DNA from: Fistulifera solaris
Lineage: Eukaryota
NCBI GenBank assembly: GCA_030295235.1
Contig: AP026125.1
Span: 1,612,001-1,676,000, forward strand
Length of the DNA stretch: 64,000 nt
Reading direction: 5' to 3'
Part shown: piece after piece, positions 36,819 to 49,576 of the stretch
Layout: the number at the start of each line of letters is the position of its first letter
How positions within the stretch are numbered: position 1 is the stretch's first letter
Translations under genes and position numbers: made by a program
Notes under the pieces: generated by a model
What the model was told of the DNA's origin: nothing
The model's input: the letters and a program-made list of their open reading frames with translations, nothing else
The model's database searches: none

Positions 36819-38101
36819 TCACTCTATTTTTCGGGTGGAAACACCCGTCGGTGTAGGAGGAACGCGGAGGGTTCCCCAAAATGCGTCACAAAACGTAAAT
36901 ATTTGCCCGTAGTTGTAGATGTAATGAGTGTGATGCATCGTGTGATACTTCGAACCCATAATGGGATCAATGTTCCAATCCATGGCATCATGGATGTAAG
37001 TCGCCCAGACCGCGGTGAAGAACAGCAATATCAAATGTGTGAGATAGTGGCAAGGACACACCAGTCCTGCTAGAACATACGGCGATGCTTGAAGCATCCC
37101 ATCCAATGGATGGAATGCAATACTCGCCCACGGCGTCAACGTTTCCGGTTTATTGTATTTGTGATGCGGCATATGGACATGCTTGTACAGCCATTTGTTC
37201 GTATGCAACGTTCGGTGAACCCAGTAAATACCAATCTCCACCATGGTCATGTACACCAGAAAGTAAAAAGCATACCAGCCCCAGCCTCCGATCTCTTGCA
37301 CCGTGAAGTAACTGGCGGTAAAGCCTTTTTCAATGAGAAATTCGTCAATTACGGGCAGCATAACATAAATAATCATACTGGTTTGCGCCATGACAATTTG
37401 GTCCAGTATCGTTGCCACAGAGGGGCGCGTACGCTTTGCGAATATTTCCTCCGACATGGGATGAATGTAGCAAAAATAATGAAAGACCGAAGCCGTCCCA
37501 TAATAAACAATAATCCCCGCAATCAAGTTGCGTAAATAGCACAAAAGATAATGAGACCACTCCAACGAATCTGAAACATAAGGCACCAGCTCTTGGGTAA
37601 GTCGAGCGGAAAATGCAGTGGGTAGGAAAATGGAATTGAGGTAAGCATTGAGATTGCGGCACGGCTGCTGAAGTGGCTCGTTGTCCAGGAATGCCGCGTA
37701 GACGGATGAATAAGAAACGCCATTGTGAATGAACTCTGTTTCGGGTGCTGCTATGCGATCCAACCATTTCACACCAGGAAACGGAACTGAATATTGTCAA
37801 GGAATAATGGCATAAAATAAACGAAAGGAACAAAGGCCAAAATATCCAAAACAAAATCGAATGTGAGAAAAGATCGATTTAAAATCCTGAAAAGCCGATA
37901 AAAATAGTTTCGGCAGTCCTAAACGCTTCGGATTCGCATTTTGCACATACCATCGGCAGGCAAATTCATCAAATCAGTGAGCCATGGTGTTTCTTGAATA
38001 AAGCCGGCCAGTATATTCTGATCAAACAAAGCTGCTGCAACAAGGCTAGCTACACTGGCAAGCGTGAAAACCTGCAGTGATCGTCGACCGCTAAACATCA
38101 T
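36819..38101 (-). CDS. Delta7-sterol C5-desaturase (ERG3/STE1-like), intron 37787-37950
   Basis: His boxes HRTLH, HMPHH, HTMHH. AFHPLDG and YNYGQ. Confidence 0.9.
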
Positions 38102-38615
38102 GGTTCACTGAGGAGTTAATAAACCTCGAGTTCGGTTTCGGGTGGTTTCTTACAATGCCAATAGAGAAATAGGGCGAGTATAAACGCGTTGTGTTTTTGT
38201 GTGCGGTCGTGTGGTCCATGCTTGAATTCTGCGCGACCACGCCCCTCCACGAACAAAACGTCTTTCCGGCACTAATTGTTAGGAAGCGTGACCGAAATTG
38301 ATTTCCAACGGAAATAGTCCGATTAATCACTTTTTATGCAACGGCCAACAGTAGTGTCCTACCGGTGTGACATTTTGGTGGCACGATACTGTACGTCCGA
38401 CAAGGGGGGAAAAGGATCGGGCTAAGAATTTTCTGTTCTGTTCCATTTCCGATACAAGTACAAGTACTTTATTGTAGGTTCGCCGAAACGACGACGTTCC
38501 GTTTCGGCAAAAAAAAAAGAAATCCGAGACACGAGACTTGATGCACGAGACACCATTCAGTCACTGCGATTATAATCACCAGTCCGCTTTCCTATTCTTG
38601 ATCGTATCGGGGAAT

Positions 38616-39236
38616 ATGCGCGCACCATCGAAAACGTTTCTTGTTTGGAGCCCACTGCTCCTTTGCTTTGTTTGGAAGGCACATGCCTTTGAACATGGTC
38701 AGTTCGTTCGAACTCTGAGAACTTTTTCGACGGCCCGTCCCGTGTCATTCACAGTTTCGGATCTTGAATTGGATGATTACCGTGAATACGAATCAGTAGA
38801 GAGTTATCGGGTTCATTCGAAACACGCGGAACAAGTTGCTGGGGTCTACAGAATTCTGAGCAAGACGCAATATATAAACTTTTTGACGTCGGTGGGGAAG
38901 AACAAAATCGTTGTACTGAAAATATTCGCTCCTTGGTGCCGCGCTTGCAAGGCGCTGGCCCCTAAGTTTTCGCAAATAACCCAAGATGAGAGGTACAATG
39001 ACAACTTGCCCATTGTGTGGGCAGAACTGAGTGTACTGTTCAACAAAGAACTTGTCGTCGATGAACTCGCGGTAGACGCCCTTCCGACGGTACAATTCTA
39101 TGTGGATGGAAGACTCGAAGACAGCTTTGCGTGTGGGCCGACCAAGCTTGTCTTACTGAAACGCAGACTTGCCCAGATGATTAATGCCAACGTCGATACG
39201 CAAACACGACAACTCAAACAACGCTCCTCATCCTAG
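38616..39236 (+). CDS. Atypical thioredoxin (WCRAC), signal peptide + AHAF
   Basis: IVVLKIFAPWCRACKAL..ALPTVQFY. Confidence 0.85.
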   Translation: MRAPSKTFLVWSPLLLCFVWKAHAFEHGQFVRTLRTFSTARPVSFTVSDLELDDYREYESVESYRVHSKHAEQVAGVYRILSKTQYINFLTSVGKNKIVVLKIFAPWCRACKALAPKFSQITQDERYNDNLPIVWAELSVLFNKELVVDELAVDALPTVQFYVDGRLEDSFACGPTKLVLLKRRLAQMINANVDTQTRQLKQRSSS

Positions 39237-40090
39237 TTGCTCACGCCCCCTTTCAACTGCTAGGCTTGACCTTAGATTGACGACCACGAAGGAAGCTTTG
39301 TAGACTATTAAACTCATTCTATGATTTCTTGAGTTGAATCGCCCTGAATCGCCACATTCATCTTTCTTTTTCCGCAACGATATGCTTCGTCCAGAAAGCT
39401 ATATCTTTTTCTGTCAATGTCGCATCCCCGTACAGAAGATTGCATCGCACTCCTCTCTAGAGGCTAGATTTGCGCATCGACGGAGAGTGTTAGAGACTAG
39501 ACTATTGTTTCCGCTCGTGCTCATAACGACAGCTGTTCGATGTTCGATGATGATTCGTCACAGACGGGTCATAAAAACAGCTGTCGACGTCAGCATTTTA
39601 ACCGTTGTGTCGTCTTGGTTGAAGACGAAGGCAGAATACAATAAAAAGTAGGCATACGGTACACAAACGACATCGATCGAACACGAGACTACTTTTAAAA
39701 TGATACTCGAGGAAAGAATGCTTTTCTTTACTTACCTTTCCACGTAAGCAAGTAGGCTCACGTAGTAGGATTGACGCATAGTGATTTGGCAGACCGACGT
39801 GTTCGGGTACCGGTCACCCACGAATCCCGCACCTTCTTCGTGGAGCGGAGGCGAACGTTTTGACCAAGAAGTCTTTTCTAGTTTTGGGCGATGCTTCACC
39901 TCCATTCCATCACTCTCTCTTTGTCATTACCTCCAGTCTTTGTCTCTCTTTGCTTTTCTAACAAAGGATTGGCTGCATTTCATAGCATTCTGTGCAAGGT
40001 CTCTTGTTGATTTACCCGCACCTCAATCGGCCAAATTCCCCTCTGTATTGCAACACAAATTGAAGCTGTTGAAAAGACCGTTACAACAAT

Positions 40091-42065
40091 ATGCGTCTCG
40101 CTTGCTATTCCTTATTGCTGGCAAGTACTTCGGTATGGTCTTTTTCGATCACAAGAAGTCCTGCAATCTCGACTACCGCACTTCATCGCCCGCATTCGTT
40201 AGCCTCGTCGTCCCTACATCCGTATACATCATTGGCTGTCTCGACGTCGTCGCATCCGAGTGCGACGTTTGCTCCGGAACTGGGCAGTGATGGTCTGTAT
40301 CATTTACAAAACAAAGAGCAGCATGCGGAGCTCATGAAATCCGTCGGGCAGGATAAGATTGTCGTACTGAAAGTATACGCTCCCTGGTGCCGAGCTTGTA
40401 AGGCGCTCGAAGCAAAATTTTGCAAGTTCGACACGACCCGAAATACAGTAATCTTCCGATTGTCTGGGCGGATTTAACAATTCAACACAACAAAGAATTT
40501 ATCAAGCAATTGGGTGTGCTGGCATTACCTACGGTTCAGTTTTATGTACAGGGTCGTTTGATTGATACATTCCCTTGCGGTCCATCGAAAGTGCCGATAT
40601 TGAAAAGGAAACTCGCTTCGACCGTCAATACGCACGTCGATCCAGGAACGATGCAGTTGAAACCTTTAGATATGAGTGCGATAGAGCTATCGTATCAAGA
40701 GGGCAGCTATGAAGGAGCTGAGATGGACTCGGAGCAAGCAGACGACGCAACCGTGACGACTCCTGCAGCAACGAGTCCCAAGGCTTTGTTGAAATCACCC
40801 TACCGCCCTGCACCCGCGGCTTCTGCAAAAGTCGATCTCGATGCTGAACTATCAGCTGAAGATCGCAAACACATGGAATCGATCCCTTACTTTTCGGAGC
40901 TTTCGTTGGCAGATCGTGACGAGGTTGCGGAAAAAGCAACGTTGGTCACTTTTGCACCTGGCAGTATCATTCTCCGAGAAGGAACACCTGGCAACTCCTT
41001 CTATATGCTCAGTTCAGGATCCGTGGAAATTTGTCAAGCTGCTACGTATTTGTCTGATCCACTCGTTTCACCGCCACCTTCGTATCTAGGAACGGTCATC
41101 AACGTGCTAGAAAATCCAGGAGACTACTTTGGGGAACGAGCCTTGCTAACTGGTGAGCCGCGCGCTGCAAGTATTCGAGCAAGCGATCAAGAGACAAAGG
41201 TGTGGGTATGGGACAAAAAGATTTTCCTGCTAGTTCAGTTTTATCAGGACGAACAAAGTTTGCTTCAGCGCGCAATGTTTCCGTGGATGACAAGTACGGT
41301 CTCAGCGTTGTTTCGTTGCAGTCCGATACCGCCGATTGGCAACAGCGTACTGTCAACGTTGCCAATCAGGTACGAGGAAGCACAAACTCGCCCTACATTA
41401 TTCGCGGAGTTGATACAGATGATGATGTAGAGTACGATGAAGAGTTGCTGACTAAATCGTCGAATGATTTTGCAGTGGAAAGAAGCGACGAAGTCATTTT
41501 GTCACTGTTGTCGAAATTCAAGATGGTGCGCTCGATACGCAATTGTTTGAACTATCTAGTTAAAACCAGGGCGACCTGGGGTGATTCAGGGAATCGCATA
41601 CGGCGCTCTTTGTTAGTGTCGCGATTGACGCCTGCACAACGGGCTGAATTTGCTGAGGCTTTTGAATTTTCGGATGCTAACGGCGACGGTCAGATTGAAC
41701 TGCAGGAATTGAAGCGAATCGTATACAGTATGCACAGTGGAGAAGAGGGAGAAAATGAAGCTTTAGACCAGGAATTGCAAGTCGCTATTGAAAGAAACAG
41801 CGCAGGACCGGCCGTGTTAGATTACACCGATTTTATGGGCATCATGGCAGAATCTGAGTTTTATTTCCTTTTCAACGACATTTTCGCATCGCTTGATACG
41901 AACAATTCTGGTTATGTGAAAGCGATGGACCTTGACCGAGTATTATCTGGAGTCCGCGATCTGATTAGTGATGACCGAAACAGTATCATTGACGTGGAAG
42001 ATCAAGACATGCTGATCGACTACGAACAATTTACACGCATGTTACTAGGTACAAGTCTACAATGA
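40091..42065 (+). CDS. Thioredoxin (WCRAC) + cNMP-binding + EF-hand fusion protein
   Basis: Three ORFs joined by single-base indels in the T run (~40418) and A run (~41217). GDYFGERALLTGEPRAASIRA; DANGDGQIELQE; DTNNSGYVKAMD. Confidence 0.8.
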
Positions 42066-42503
42066 GGTACACGACATATCGCTTTGAAGAACTACCACTG
42101 GCAACGGGGCACATGTCACTTTTCGCAACTAACAACGACGCAAGCCGCCTACAAAACTTAAATTAAGAAGCGCTCTTTCATATCCTCATCACGTATCGCT
42201 AGCTTCTGTGCCAGAGCTCTGCAAAGAGATGTTTTCTCGTTTCCGGAGGTCCCCACAGCAAGACGAGACGATTCCAATGAACTGCAAACAAATTTGTTGA
42301 AATGTCATTGCTTCGATTGTTGAGGGACGACTTTGCAACTCCTTCCATTGATGCTGTAACTTGTAAACTCATTCAATGACAGCTTGGTCATCGATTCAAA
42401 TTTCGAATTGATTAGCAATCTCTTATTTTGATGGCAACTTTCCTTTCCTCGTTTGTAAATAAATAGAGACGTTTGCATTTTGTTGTCGCAAAACTTTTGC
42501 GGC

Positions 42504-42738
42504 ACGTGAAACACACCCCCACATTTTCTGGAAAAGTGAAAAACCACACTCCCACATTTTCTGGAGACGCGGAAAAACCAAACACCCACATTTTCTGGAA
42601 ACGTGAAAAACCACACTCCCACATTTTCTGGAGACGCGGAAAAACCACACCCCCACATTTTCTGGAAACGTGAAAAACCACTCCCCCACATTTTTTGGAC
42701 ACGTGAAAAACCGCACTTCCACATTTTCTGGAGACGTC
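42504..42738. repeat. 7 x ~33/34 bp minisatellite
   Basis: Consensus ACGTGAAAAACCACACTCCCACATTTTCTGGAr. Copy 1 is shorter (30 bp); copies 2-5 alternate 33 and 34 bp. Confidence 0.95.
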
Positions 42739-42873
42739 AAATCCCCTTTCGTGGCGTGCTTCGATGACGTAGGTTGCTGTTTGCCCCCGAGATAAAAAAG
42801 ACGCACAATGAAATAAAAAACTTTTCACCTTGCATTTATTTGTCATTCATTACTTGTAAAATCAACGATCATC

Positions 42874-43606
42874 ATGAAAACGTCGTCTACACTTATTTGT
42901 CTGTACCTCCTGTTGGCTCCCCACTTCGTGGGCTTGGGTGAATTCGAAAACAGGTAGCCAAGTCGTCCGATCAGCGTTCAACACGAAATCGTCTTCCACC
43001 CGCTTGAATGGATTCTTGGAAGACATTTTCAGCAAGGCACAATCCTTTGGAAAGAAAAACGTCGTGGAAGCCATTGCACCTCCCCAATACGACCCTGTTA
43101 CGATTGAACCGGATTTTCGTGTCGCGGCTTTGTTTTTAGGGTCGGGCATCCTCTTGGACACCATCCCTTACATTCAATTGACGCTCGGACCTCTTGTCAC
43201 GCTTTTGGGACTCCTCTTTTTAGTGCAAACATTCCGCATTCGTTTTGTTTTGAACGAAGACAATGCTCTGGAGCTATTGACCGTGAATCCTTTCACTGGC
43301 GAGACGAAGGATTCCGGAGAGAACGTCGTGGTGGGCGGAGCCAATGTTTGGGCGACTTCGTCCATTGTGAACTATGACTTCTTTCCTCCCATCAACAGTT
43401 CCCCCGTGGGACCTATTCTGGTGTACTTTAAGGAGACCCAAACACCTTCCGAAACGTGGAACCAAGGTCCTGGCGCCAAAGCGAATGACCCGGAAAAAAT
43501 TGCTGCTGGCGAAGCTGTAGCTGGACAAGTGCATTTCTTTCCAGCTGTTTGCAAGTCAGAGCAGCTGCGGGACGAGTTTGTGAAGCGGCAAGTTGCTAAG
43601 CTTTAG
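42874..43606 (+). CDS. DUF3119-like plastid membrane protein
   Basis: PILVYFKETQ..VHFFP. ATG at 42874 gives a signal peptide ending SWAW if one extra C at ~42920 is removed. Confidence 0.75.
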
Positions 43607-44011
43607 TTCAAAGGCATTTAGTCTATTTTCTTTGAGGCTTTTTAGTGCGATTGGAACCTTAGTTATTTAATAGCGCACCGGTACCAATTTTGAGTACTAG
43701 TTACTATCCTGTATCCGATTTCGGAGAAATTAGGTTGTTTTTTATCCCGTAGATCAAAATTTGGACAATGGCGATTGTAAACCGGTTGCTGTGAAGCGAC
43801 ACTTTTCCAGCTGCCGGAGCCGGAGGGCTGAAAAGGTGGCGAAGGGCAAGGCGAAGGGAAGATCCATCAAAAGGTTCTTCTTCTCTCTATGTCGCAGTCG
43901 TGGAGGTGCCATTTCGCTGTTGCACTTGATTATCGCCTTTTTTATTGCTGTCATCATCCATTCTTTCCATAGCGCAGCTGAGAAACAAGCGATACATAAC
44001 TGTATTTGAAA

Positions 44012-47000
44012 ATGTCATCGGCACGCCAATTATTGACACACTTGTATCGACACCGCAGCAAGACATTATTGATACGAAGCACACAACGATGGAAGAGCAG
44101 TACGGCGGCTGCCACACTTCATGAGCATGAAACGTTTTTGACCGGAACCAGCTCACTCTATGCGGAGCAAATGTATGAATCCTATTTAGATAATCCGGAG
44201 AGTGTTTCAGCCTCTTGGCGCAAGTACTTTGACAACTTGGAATCGGGGGTGCCCTACCATGCCTCCGATTTTTCTTCACCGACGGCCGCGACGCGCAGTA
44301 AAGCAGCCGTCACGCAACCCGCACCGGATTTGGGAGCTCCTTCCGATTCGTTGGGTGTAGCGCACTTGATTCGTGCCTATCAAGCGAACGGTCACATGGC
44401 CGCCCGCTTAGATCCATTGGGCGTCCACGCCCCGGAAGCCTTTCCCTGTCGACCTTCCAATTTGATGGATCTGAGTCCTTACGGAGGGTACCCTCCCGAG
44501 CTCACGCCCGAGTATCACGGATTCACGGAAGCGGATTTGGATCGAAAAATGAATTTCCGCGGAACGAGCTCGGGAGGTAACAAAGGATACTTGGAAGATT
44601 TGGCGAATAGTCCCAACAAGGTGACGTTGCGAATGATTCTGAACGAGCTTCGAAAGACTTATTGTGGTTCGCTTGGTGTGGAATATATTCATATCGGTAA
44701 TCAGGACAAGATGAACTGGATTCGTGAGCGGATTGAAAACCCTCGCTGGAATAAATACGATAAGGAGAAGAAGCAGCACATTTATGAACGATTGTGCTTT
44801 GCTGACTTTTTCGAAAATTTCCTGGCTCAAAAATTCAACACTACAAAACGCTTTGGACTCGATGGCGGAGAAGCTATTGTGCCGGGTTTGAAGGACGCCA
44901 TCGATCGTGCCAGTGAACTGGGCGCGCACTCGTTCGTCATCGGTATGCCTCATCGTGGTCGATTGAACGTGCTGGCTAACGTCATGCGCAAGCCGATGCC
45001 CTTGATCTTTTCTGAGTTCCAAGGGACGCATTACGATGTGAAAGATCACTATGATGATAGTGACAAAGAGCGAACATGGGGAATCTCGGGCGATGTCAAG
45101 TATCACTTGGGTTCCTCCATGGATCGCACCTACCCCGACGGTCGTAAGATTCATCTGAGCTTGGTTGCAAATCCTTCGCATTTGGAGTGTGTGAATCCGG
45201 TTGTAAGTATCGACGAAGATTGCTTGTCTTCTAATTAAAAAATGTTCGCAGGTGATCATCTTACACTTTTTCCTTACTAGGTGGCAGGAAAAACGCGTGC
45301 GAAGCAGTACTATTGCGGCAACACGGCTGATGATAAGAGAAATTGTGTACCTATTTTGTTACACGGTGATGCGGCGTTTGCGGGGCAAGGAGTCGTTTAT
45401 GAAACAATGCAGCTTGCGAATGTACCCGATTTTAACGTAGGCGGCACGATTCACGTCGTTGTTAACAACCAGATTGGTTTTACTACCAATCCTGTTCATT
45501 CGAGAAGTACGCCTTACTGCTCAGATATTGGCAAAGCTTTTGGTTGTCCTATCTTCCATTGCAATGGAGATGATCCGCTTGCAGTTTCGGCTGCACTTGA
45601 GACGGCAGTTGAGTATCGTCATGAATGGGGAGGCGATGTCATCATCGACATGATCTGTTACCGACGTAACGGCCACAACGAATTAGATCAACCTGCATTT
45701 ACTCAACCAAAACTCTATCAAGCGATTTCAAAGCACCCCTCGACATTGAAAATCTTTGAAAAGAAGTTGCTGGATGAGGGTACACTTACACAGGAAGAAT
45801 GCGATGAAATCAAGAAGTACGTTCAAGACAACTACGAGAAAGATTTCGAAGCCAGCAAGACCTACCGCAAGAGCGAAACTGATTGGTTAAGCAGTCGCTG
45901 GTCTGGATTCAAGGGGCCGTCGCAGCTAAGTCGTATTCGTCAAACCGGAGTGGAAATTGAAACTCTACGAAAGATTGGTATTGGTGCTGGAACTGTTCCG
46001 GAAGGATTTAAGCTCCATAGACAAATGGAAAAGATTTTTAAAGCCCGACGAGAAATGGCAGAGAAAGGCGAAGGGATTGACTGGGGCACTGCAGAAGCTA
46101 TGGCTTTTGGGTCTTTGCTTATCGAAGGCAACCATGTCCGCATTACCGGGCAAGATGTTCAGCGTGGTACATTTAGTCACCGTCACGCAGTCGTGATAGA
46201 TCAAAAGACCGAGCAAGAGTATGCCCCTTTGAATCACTTGGCACAGGAGACAGACCCAGGTGCACCGATGGAGGTTCTATCCAGAAAGGACACGCAGGCT
46301 GGGTTTACCTGCCGAAACTCTATTCTTAGTGAATTTGCTGTCCTTGGTTTCGAACACGGATACAGTCTTGAAAACCCAAATGCTTTGATTCTATGGGAAG
46401 CCCAGTTTGGCGACTTTGTAAATGGTGCTCAAGTCATGATTGATCAGTTCATCAGTTCGGGTGAAGATAAGTGGCTGCGGCAAAGCGGCCTTGTGATGCT
46501 ACTTCCTCATGGGTACGACGGACAAGGGGCGGAGCATTCGTCCTGTCGGCTTGAACGCTTCTTGCAGCAAGTCGATGAAGACATCCATTATGTTCCTCGC
46601 CTAGCTCATGATGAACGAATGCAAATCCAGCGTTGCAACTGGCAAGTTGTAAATTGCACGACGCCAGCAAATTACTTTCACGTTCTTCGTCGTCAAATCC
46701 ATCGTGATTTCCGCAAGCCGCTCATCGTTGCAGCGCCCAAGAACCTGCTGCGCCATAAGCGTTGCGTGAGTACGTTAGAGGACATGGGACCTGGAACCAT
46801 GTTCCGATACGTATACGACGAAGTTGATGAGTCCATCAACGCGAATGCTGAAAATGTTACCAAAGTTGTATTCTGTACCGGTCAGATCTATTATGAGCTA
46901 CTGGCAGAGAGAGAAAACCGAGGAGTGAAGGACGTTGCTCTTGTCCGTATAGAGCAACTGGCCCCATTCCCATTTGACCATGTTGCAGAGAACGTCAAAC

Positions 47001-47245
47001 GTTACCCCAATGCGGAGGTCGTATGGGCGCAACACGAGCCCAAAAACATGGGTGCTTACAACTATTGCAATCCACGCATCATGACTGCGACGCGAGTGCT
47101 GAATGAGAATGAAAAGCGTGCTCGATATGTAGGTCGAAAGGTCAGTGCTGCACCGGCAACCGGCATGACAAAGATCCACCAGATGGAGCACCAAGCCATT
47201 CTGAACGGCGTGTTCGGAGAGAAGAACGACATCGATAAGATGTAG
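44012..47245 (+). CDS. OGDH: 2-oxoglutarate dehydrogenase E1, mitochondrial, intron 45203-45280
   Basis: KRFGLDG, GMPHRGRLN, GDVKYHLG, HGDAAFAGQG, WEAQFGDF, LPHGYDGQGAEHSS. Confidence 0.97.
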
Positions 47246-47539
47246 AAATGTTATGAAATTCAAATTGGGTTGAGATGGATCTTAGAGTCGTAAGAGAGAT
47301 CTAAGAAATAGCACATCGATGATTAGTAACTCTTAGTATCTGCAGCAGCGACTGCTGGTCTATGATAGTAGTAGAGGGACTGATTCTCAGTTGAGGAGTC
47401 ATCAGAAAAAGTAATTTACATATTGCGCGATACTCCATACATCACTGCGACATCGGCGGAGAAATAATATTCAAGCGCTCGTTTCAAAATTTTCTTGCAG
47501 TCTTTCAATTCTCTCTCAATGATACTATTACCAAGACAA

Positions 47540-48382
47540 ATGCGTCTGCTTCTACTCTTCTTCTTGCTCTGCATATCCTTCCTCGAAGCGGCGGTGCGGC
47601 TGCCGAAGTTTGACCTTGGCGGCAGCGACAAACAAAGGATCAAACTTGACCTCGCTGGTCGATTGATGACAGTCTTTGTGGGTCCACCAAAGCCGTCGGA
47701 ATCGTCAAAAGGTCCTCTAGTTGAAATAGAAGACCTTCCTGTGTCGGCTGCTATTGCAGCAGATTTCGATTTGAGTCAGCAAATACGACCGGTGAGATGG
47801 CTGGGAATCTTTTGCTGGGCACCGAAACGAGAAGCCAAGATGATTGCCATTGTAGAACGCGACACAGACGGCAACAGAGCTGTGCAAGTACAAGCTCCTT
47901 TGAATAAAAAGTTTTCTTGTCATGCTCGTTATGCCGATAACCAGCCTGCGCAAATCACCTTGAAAGTGACTCCTCATTCACGATTTCGAACGGAGTGTTG
48001 TTTTGTCGATACACCTTCTTTTCCAACCGCTTCCAGCGAAACAAACCCCAATTGGTGGATCCCCAATGTATCAGTTTCGGCGACGGGGCGCTTGAATTCC
48101 AATTGGCAGACATGTGCTTACGACCGTGACAACCGGAATGTTCATCTACGGCTCACGGTACGAAGAAACTTGGGATGGACGTTTTTGGGAAGGAACGTAC
48201 ATGATTCACCCGAGACATGGTGCTCTTTTCAAGTAGATGGCTCGTATCATCCCATGTACGCTACAAGTGCTATATTATCAGGACAAGTAGAAGATCTATC
48301 ATCGTGGGGATTGTGTTTGCGACAATTTGTCGCATCCAGTCGAATATGGCCTGCCTCTTTACGATGGAACCTCTCAAATTAG
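47540..48382 (+). CDS. Hypothetical protein with signal peptide
   Basis: 281-codon ORF with hydrophobic N-terminus, convergent with the next gene. Confidence 0.55.
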   Translation: MRLLLLFFLLCISFLEAAVRLPKFDLGGSDKQRIKLDLAGRLMTVFVGPPKPSESSKGPLVEIEDLPVSAAIAADFDLSQQIRPVRWLGIFCWAPKREAKMIAIVERDTDGNRAVQVQAPLNKKFSCHARYADNQPAQITLKVTPHSRFRTECCFVDTPSFPTASSETNPNWWIPNVSVSATGRLNSNWQTCAYDRDNRNVHLRLTVRRNLGWTFLGRNVHDSPETWCSFQVDGSYHPMYATSAILSGQVEDLSSWGLCLRQFVASSRIWPASLRWNLSN

Positions 48383-48413
48383 TCATGATTTATTGTTTCT
48401 GGTGCTCTTAATA

Positions 48414-49388
48414 TCATTTGTTGTCGTATCTTTTCTTTGATTCGGCGAGTTGTTCGAGGAACCAGTTTGTATTCTGCAGAGGCGCCAAGGTCCGAACAGG
48501 TATAAGATGGACGCCTTCTTCGGGACACGACACAAATTTGTCGTGTCTCCGAACTCCGGCGATGCTATAGTTGGGTAGCATTGGAAAAATATTATCATCA
48601 AAAAGAACATGATACTCTGCATCGCTCTCCCAGACGGGTTTACCTCCTTCGGGACGAAAGCCGTGTTTCTCCCAGTGATGATAATCATCTTGAATACCAC
48701 AAATCGAAAATTGTCGTAAATGCTGTAAGACTTGCTCGTCTCCTTTTGCCGCAACTTCACCCTCATTTGTTTTTAAGCCAAAGATTTCATTTTCCCAGTA
48801 GCCCTTCAAAAATTGTTCGGGACGATTCCAAACAAACGGCTCGTGAACAAAGTCCGGATAGCTTGGATGTTTTCCTTGCGCAAATGCCGTGATGGCCTCT
48901 GCAATGTACGTTAAATCATGTCCCATGGTTCGAAATACTATGCGTACGGGTGTCGCATGAGACGACAGAGCCAATAATGTGACAAACAGAGCCGGTAAAA
49001 TATGAGCAAAACATCCTTCGCTGGGCGGAACCGCAATTTGGTGGATCGCCGATCGATACACGGCGCCATCGTGATGTAAGAATGTCTTGGATTTGCGTTT
49101 GAACACTGTGCGGTAATAGGGAGCCGCATTCGGGGGCCACGATGATTCGAGCCACAGAGCGGGGGCGCCTTCCGCACTCTGCAAAGGAACGCCATTCCAC
49201 CAATGTGTCGGTACAAAGCTCGCTAGGTCGGTAACACTATTCGGCACCTGAACAAAGGCCGATTTGGCAACGATTTTGTGCCAACAATCCTCCACGGAAT
49301 CGCCTCCAGCGATATCTCCCAGTAAAATTGTCTCGTTAATGTCAAAATGAACCACAATGGGTCGGCTTGTGACAGAAAAAGACTTCAT
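48414..49388 (-). CDS. Uncharacterised HAD-like protein
   Basis: IVVHFDINETIL (motif I-like), IVFRTMGHDL, GKP, LFDDNI (motif IV-like). Confidence 0.6.
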   Translation of the reverse strand: MKSFSVTSRPIVVHFDINETILLGDIAGGDSVEDCWHKIVAKSAFVQVPNSVTDLASFVPTHWWNGVPLQSAEGAPALWLESSWPPNAAPYYRTVFKRKSKTFLHHDGAVYRSAIHQIAVPPSEGCFAHILPALFVTLLALSSHATPVRIVFRTMGHDLTYIAEAITAFAQGKHPSYPDFVHEPFVWNRPEQFLKGYWENEIFGLKTNEGEVAAKGDEQVLQHLRQFSICGIQDDYHHWEKHGFRPEGGKPVWESDAEYHVLFDDNIFPMLPNYSIAGVRRHDKFVSCPEEGVHLIPVRTLAPLQNTNWFLEQLAESKKRYDNK

Positions 49389-49576
49389 CTTACGCAACTT
49401 GAATGAGGACGATTCTTCGTCTCTATCTGATACAATTCCTTCTGATTCTTATGAGTCGTTTCAGTCGACGAGTTCTACGTTGTTAATAGTGAAGATGAGT
49501 TTGGATAATGAAAGAGATATAGTAGTGATCGTCATAAATGCGAGATAAAAAATGCGACAAGAAAAAATGAACCGTA

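Noticed and set aside
42305..42846. Three overlapping minus-strand ORFs with repeated peptides
   Set aside because: They are by-products of a stop-free minisatellite.
44408..45259. 283-aa antisense ORF (and similar ones opposite EFL)
   Set aside because: Shadow ORFs caused by codon bias in conserved sense-strand genes.
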